Assembly: GCA_030827135.1 (NCBI GenBank)
Contig: JAURFE010000001.1
Span: forward strand, 750,368 to 814,367
Source of the DNA: Vicinamibacterales bacterium
GTDB taxonomy: Bacteria > Acidobacteriota > Vicinamibacteria > Vicinamibacterales > SCN-69-37
Direction of reading: 5' to 3'
Length of the DNA stretch: 64,000 bases
Below the pieces are notes generated by a model, which was not told where the DNA came from, ran no database searches, and worked only from the letters and a program-made list of their open reading frames with translations. The first letter of the stretch is position 1; the number at the start of each line of letters is the position of its first letter. A program made the translations under genes and the position numbers. Positions 60,899 through 64,000 of the stretch are shown here, piece after piece.

Positions 60899-63800
60899 CG
60901 TTCGGACGCCGGGAGCTCCAAAACGCGCGCTGCTGGAGTCACGCGGCCCTGGAACAGGTTAAACAACGATGACAGGCGAGAGGTCAGAACCACGTACACG
61001 TTCCCCCGGTCTGACTCGGTGATCAACGCGGGGCCGAAGGAGGTCCACGGACGCGTGGTGTAGCCGATGCCGGCCCGAAGGTCGGCACTCACCCAGTAGG
61101 CCAGCTCGGCCGCGCCGATCATGTCTCCCGTGTCCACCGTGCCGAATCGCTTGGCCAGCCGCAGTTCCCCAGCCAGATCGAACCGGCTGGCCAGGCGGTA
61201 CTGCAGCCGGGACTGCGAGAGCAACGTTGCCGTCGAGCCGAGCCGGCCGACGTGCGTGCGCAACAGGCCCACCCGCTGGTGGAATTCGAGACGGCTGGTC
61301 ACCTGATAGTAGCCGTCCAGTGACAGTCGGTCGATCCGGTTGTTGGGTGTCTGCCTCACGGCCATTGCCGGCGACAGGGCGTCCCCGTGGTTCCACGCGA
61401 ACAACAGGCCGACCCGGTCCGACTGCTTGGGCCGAAGCGCGAGGGCTGCGAGAGCCTCGTCGCGTGTCTCGGTCACGTTGTTGAATGTGGTGCGGTCCCG
61501 CCGATAGTGGCCGCTTACGCTGATCGAGGGTGTGACCTGCCCCGCCACCGCGGCCGAGACCAGCGACGCCTCCCGCTGACCACTACGGTACTGGTAGTGC
61601 ACGGTCGTCCGCCATTGCTCGGGCGTGAACGCGATGCCTCCAATCGCACTGGTGAAGCCGCGGCCCTCCCCCTGTATCTGAACAGCGCGCTGCAGGCCGA
61701 CATCGAACGCCCAGGTGCGGGTGACCGGCAGGCGAGTCATGACGCCAAGCAGGGCCGCTCCCTGCGTCGCGTTGAACCCCCTGTCGAGTTGATACCGGCT
61801 GGTGAAGGTGGTCAGCCTGTGCAGCCGCGACTCGAAGCCAATGGCCGTTTCCCGCGTCGACAGCGGCGAGAACAGACCTGCAGCCTCGACGCCGCCCATG
61901 GGGATGATCGGGTGGTCGCTCCACCGCTGGCTGACGAAGAGCTGGGCACCGGACCGCACGCGGTAGCGTGCACTCAGCATGGTCTGGTCGGGATAGGTCG
62001 GGTCCGCGTCACCCATGTTCTGCTCGCGACGAATACCTGCCTCGAACCGGCGCGCCGGCCGCCAGTCGAGACCCGCCGTGACGAGGCGTGAATCGACCGT
62101 GCGCTGTGCCAACGTGTCGTCGAGATGCCGGGCATCGACCCTGGCCGTCAGCTCGACAGCGCGGCCCACGTGCCTCGCCAATTCGGCGCTGATCGTCGCA
62201 CGACGGGCATTGGCGTGACTCGAGTGGGCCGTCTCGCCTTGCGCGAGTAGACGCAATCGCGTCCGCGACGAGGGCGCAAGTTCCACGTCGGCGATTGCCG
62301 ACGTCAGGCCCGGCACGACCGGCGTACCGTAGGGATTGACGAAGACCGTGTCGGTCTTCGAGAAGCGCAGTCGGAACGCGTTCCCGGGCCGGTCCGAGAA
62401 CGGCTGGTCCAGCTCGACCCGGACGGCCATCCCGGTGGCCTCGTCGGACACGTCCCCAGCCCGCATGTTGCGACTGAACGGAATCTCGAGCCGCAGGCGT
62501 CCTCGTCCGGCAAGACGCTGTTCCAGTTCCACCCCCCCAAGCCAGGCGCGGCCTGTGCCGGATGCGGCTTCGGTCAGGCCCGTCGCCCGCACGCGAAGGC
62601 CTGAGGCCCACGCCTGTTCACCGCGGAACACGACGATCGAGTTGTCGAGCCCCGCGGTGGCGTGCTCGTAGGAGACCACAAGGAACTCGGCCGACAGTGT
62701 GCGGTCGAATAGGGGCAGCGGACGGCTGAAGTACACGGCGCCCGCCATCGCATCGAGGACGTAGTCGACGCCTCGCGCGAGTCGTATCTGCTCGAGGATG
62801 AGGTCCGGCTGCCGGCGGTCGCGCACCTCCACGGTGAGCACCTCGCTGCCCGATAACACCCGGCCGTGCGACAGACGCACCACACCCGTGACTGGACCCG
62901 GGAACACCTCCCGGCTGTAGGCCGTGTCGGGGCGGGCCGCCTGGACGGCCAGCCACTGGCCGGGCCGACGTTCGAGGTGCACCTCGGCGCCGGTGAGCGA
63001 GCGGCTGATGCTGATAAGTCCACTGCGGTCCTGTCGGGTGGCGTCGCCGTGCAGGTCACCGAACAGGATTCGTGAACGACCGAAATCCAGTCGTGCATAG
63101 ACCCGCGCGTTTGACATGGCCAGTTCCTGATACGTGGACGTGTCGCCAAGGACAGGATAGGTATGGTCAGTCGCAGCGTTGGCGAAGCGCCGGTCGACAC
63201 CCGTGGCCTGATTGATCGAGTCGCCCGTCGTGGCGGCCAGGGTCAGCTGCGCGTCACCAGTGGACGGCGTCTGCAGGAAGAAGGCGGCGTGCTGACGCAG
63301 GCTGGACGATGCCGCACCTGACGCCGCCTCACTCCCAAGGACGAAGCTCAGCTCACCGATCGCGGCCACGACGGGCGCGGCGCGCGTCGCCACCGATCGC
63401 ACATGGGTTTGTGCGACCGCGCCGGCCTTGCCTCCCTGACTGACGGTCAGCACGGCGACCGCTGGTGCGAGGCCGCTCTGCAAGCATGCCACCGCCACGC
63501 CATCACGGACCGGCAGACTGACCGTATTCACATCGAGCGGCAGCGAGACGCCCCTCGACTCCTGCCGGCAATATGCCTCCACTGCCAGGCGGCTGGTCGC
63601 GCCGTCGACATCATCGTCCGCCGTCACGGGGCCGATCCACTCGCCCGCGGTCGTAGACAGCGTCACCAATCCGGCGGGAATCGGCAGTCCGGCTGGATCG
63701 AAAGCCCTGATCGTGACAAGCGTTCGATCCCGTCCACCCGCGGCGAGATCAGCTCGGTCAGCGATAATTTCCAACCGACCGACATCCGCCGCACCCGGAG

Positions 63801-63927
63801 GCACGACGCCGTTGGCCATCGAGTATCCACCGTCACGAATCAGTGTCGAGACCGACGGCTTCGACGCCGGGAGGGGCAGGGACGTCATCGAGGGTGTCTG
63901 TGCGACCAGTGCGAAATTTTGTCGCAT
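60895..63927 (-). CDS. Large (1010 aa) hypothetical protein: N-terminal bacterial Ig-like (invasin/intimin Big_1-like) region plus long beta-strand-rich C-terminal region (possible outer-membrane barrel)
   Basis: GRLEIIADRADLAAGGRDRTLVTIRAFDPAGLPIPAGLVTLSTTAGEW resembles Big_1 repeats. The remainder shows alternating-residue beta patterns (AELAYWVSADLRAGIGYTT). No clear signal peptide at the annotated start. Confidence 0.6.
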   Translation of the reverse strand: MRQNFALVAQTPSMTSLPLPASKPSVSTLIRDGGYSMANGVVPPGAADVGRLEIIADRADLAAGGRDRTLVTIRAFDPAGLPIPAGLVTLSTTAGEWIGPVTADDDVDGATSRLAVEAYCRQESRGVSLPLDVNTVSLPVRDGVAVACLQSGLAPAVAVLTVSQGGKAGAVAQTHVRSVATRAAPVVAAIGELSFVLGSEAASGAASSSLRQHAAFFLQTPSTGDAQLTLAATTGDSINQATGVDRRFANAATDHTYPVLGDTSTYQELAMSNARVYARLDFGRSRILFGDLHGDATRQDRSGLISISRSLTGAEVHLERRPGQWLAVQAARPDTAYSREVFPGPVTGVVRLSHGRVLSGSEVLTVEVRDRRQPDLILEQIRLARGVDYVLDAMAGAVYFSRPLPLFDRTLSAEFLVVSYEHATAGLDNSIVVFRGEQAWASGLRVRATGLTEAASGTGRAWLGGVELEQRLAGRGRLRLEIPFSRNMRAGDVSDEATGMAVRVELDQPFSDRPGNAFRLRFSKTDTVFVNPYGTPVVPGLTSAIADVELAPSSRTRLRLLAQGETAHSSHANARRATISAELARHVGRAVELTARVDARHLDDTLAQRTVDSRLVTAGLDWRPARRFEAGIRREQNMGDADPTYPDQTMLSARYRVRSGAQLFVSQRWSDHPIIPMGGVEAAGLFSPLSTRETAIGFESRLHRLTTFTSRYQLDRGFNATQGAALLGVMTRLPVTRTWAFDVGLQRAVQIQGEGRGFTSAIGGIAFTPEQWRTTVHYQYRSGQREASLVSAAVAGQVTPSISVSGHYRRDRTTFNNVTETRDEALAALALRPKQSDRVGLLFAWNHGDALSPAMAVRQTPNNRIDRLSLDGYYQVTSRLEFHQRVGLLRTHVGRLGSTATLLSQSRLQYRLASRFDLAGELRLAKRFGTVDTGDMIGAAELAYWVSADLRAGIGYTTRPWTSFGPALITESDRGNVYVVLTSRLSSLFNLFQGRVTPAARVLELPASER

Positions 63928-64000
63928 GAGGATACCGGAGCCCAGCGGCGACCGAAGGAGCCGGCTCCATCCCTGTTGGCGAGGATTGGATGTCGGCGGC

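Noticed and set aside
63956-63967. Perfect 12-bp palindrome GGAGCCGGCTCC just upstream (minus sense) of the 1010-aa gene, at the window edge.
   Set aside because: Short GC-rich palindromes are expected by chance in DNA of this composition. The window ends 30 nt later, so the context cannot be judged.

Overview
GC-rich bacterial window; no rRNA, tRNA or CRISPR array recognised. All domain and motif calls come from reading the supplied translations by eye, so domain borders are approximate (+/- ~100 nt) and no database search was run.

(1) nt 1-44808 is one hybrid PKS/NRPS biosynthetic gene cluster. Its first six genes are co-directional and translationally coupled.
- The 3' part of a type I PKS gene, in which the DH domain is interrupted by a luciferase-like monooxygenase (LLM) domain, followed by KR and ACP.
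- Three NRPS genes with 2+5+2 = nine modules, two E domains, one A-embedded N-methyltransferase and a terminal TE.
- An SDR gene wedged between two NRPS genes.
- Two GT1 glycosyltransferases, a P450, a SyrD/PvdE-type ABC exporter, an MbtH-like protein and a type II thioesterase.
- Specificity codes read by eye predict acyl-Thr-Thr-Thr-D-Tyr-Thr(Dhb?)-D-Gln-Gly-NMeThr-X. From memory, this mirrors the hassallidin/herbicolin family of antifungal glycolipodepsipeptides.

(2) nt 44.8-50.2 kb holds a putative outer-membrane protein, then a five-gene membrane-associated operon of unknown function, then an NAD-dependent sugar epimerase/dehydratase. The operon encodes a small protein, a two-module Cys lipoprotein, an SPFH/band-7 protein, a small TM protein and a DUF697-like protein.

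(3) nt 50.2-57.5 kb is a visibly AT-richer mosaic.
- Decayed IS remnants: a DDE transposase C-terminus, two direct copies of an IS481-like left end, and an IS3 orfA scrap.
- A GT32-type glycosyltransferase, a ParA-like ATPase, lipoproteins and an orphan histidine kinase.
- A ~100-nt groEL relic and a DUF4239-like membrane protein.

(4) nt 58.1-63.9 kb holds a polytopic membrane protein, a lipoprotein and a 1010-aa Ig-like/beta-rich protein.
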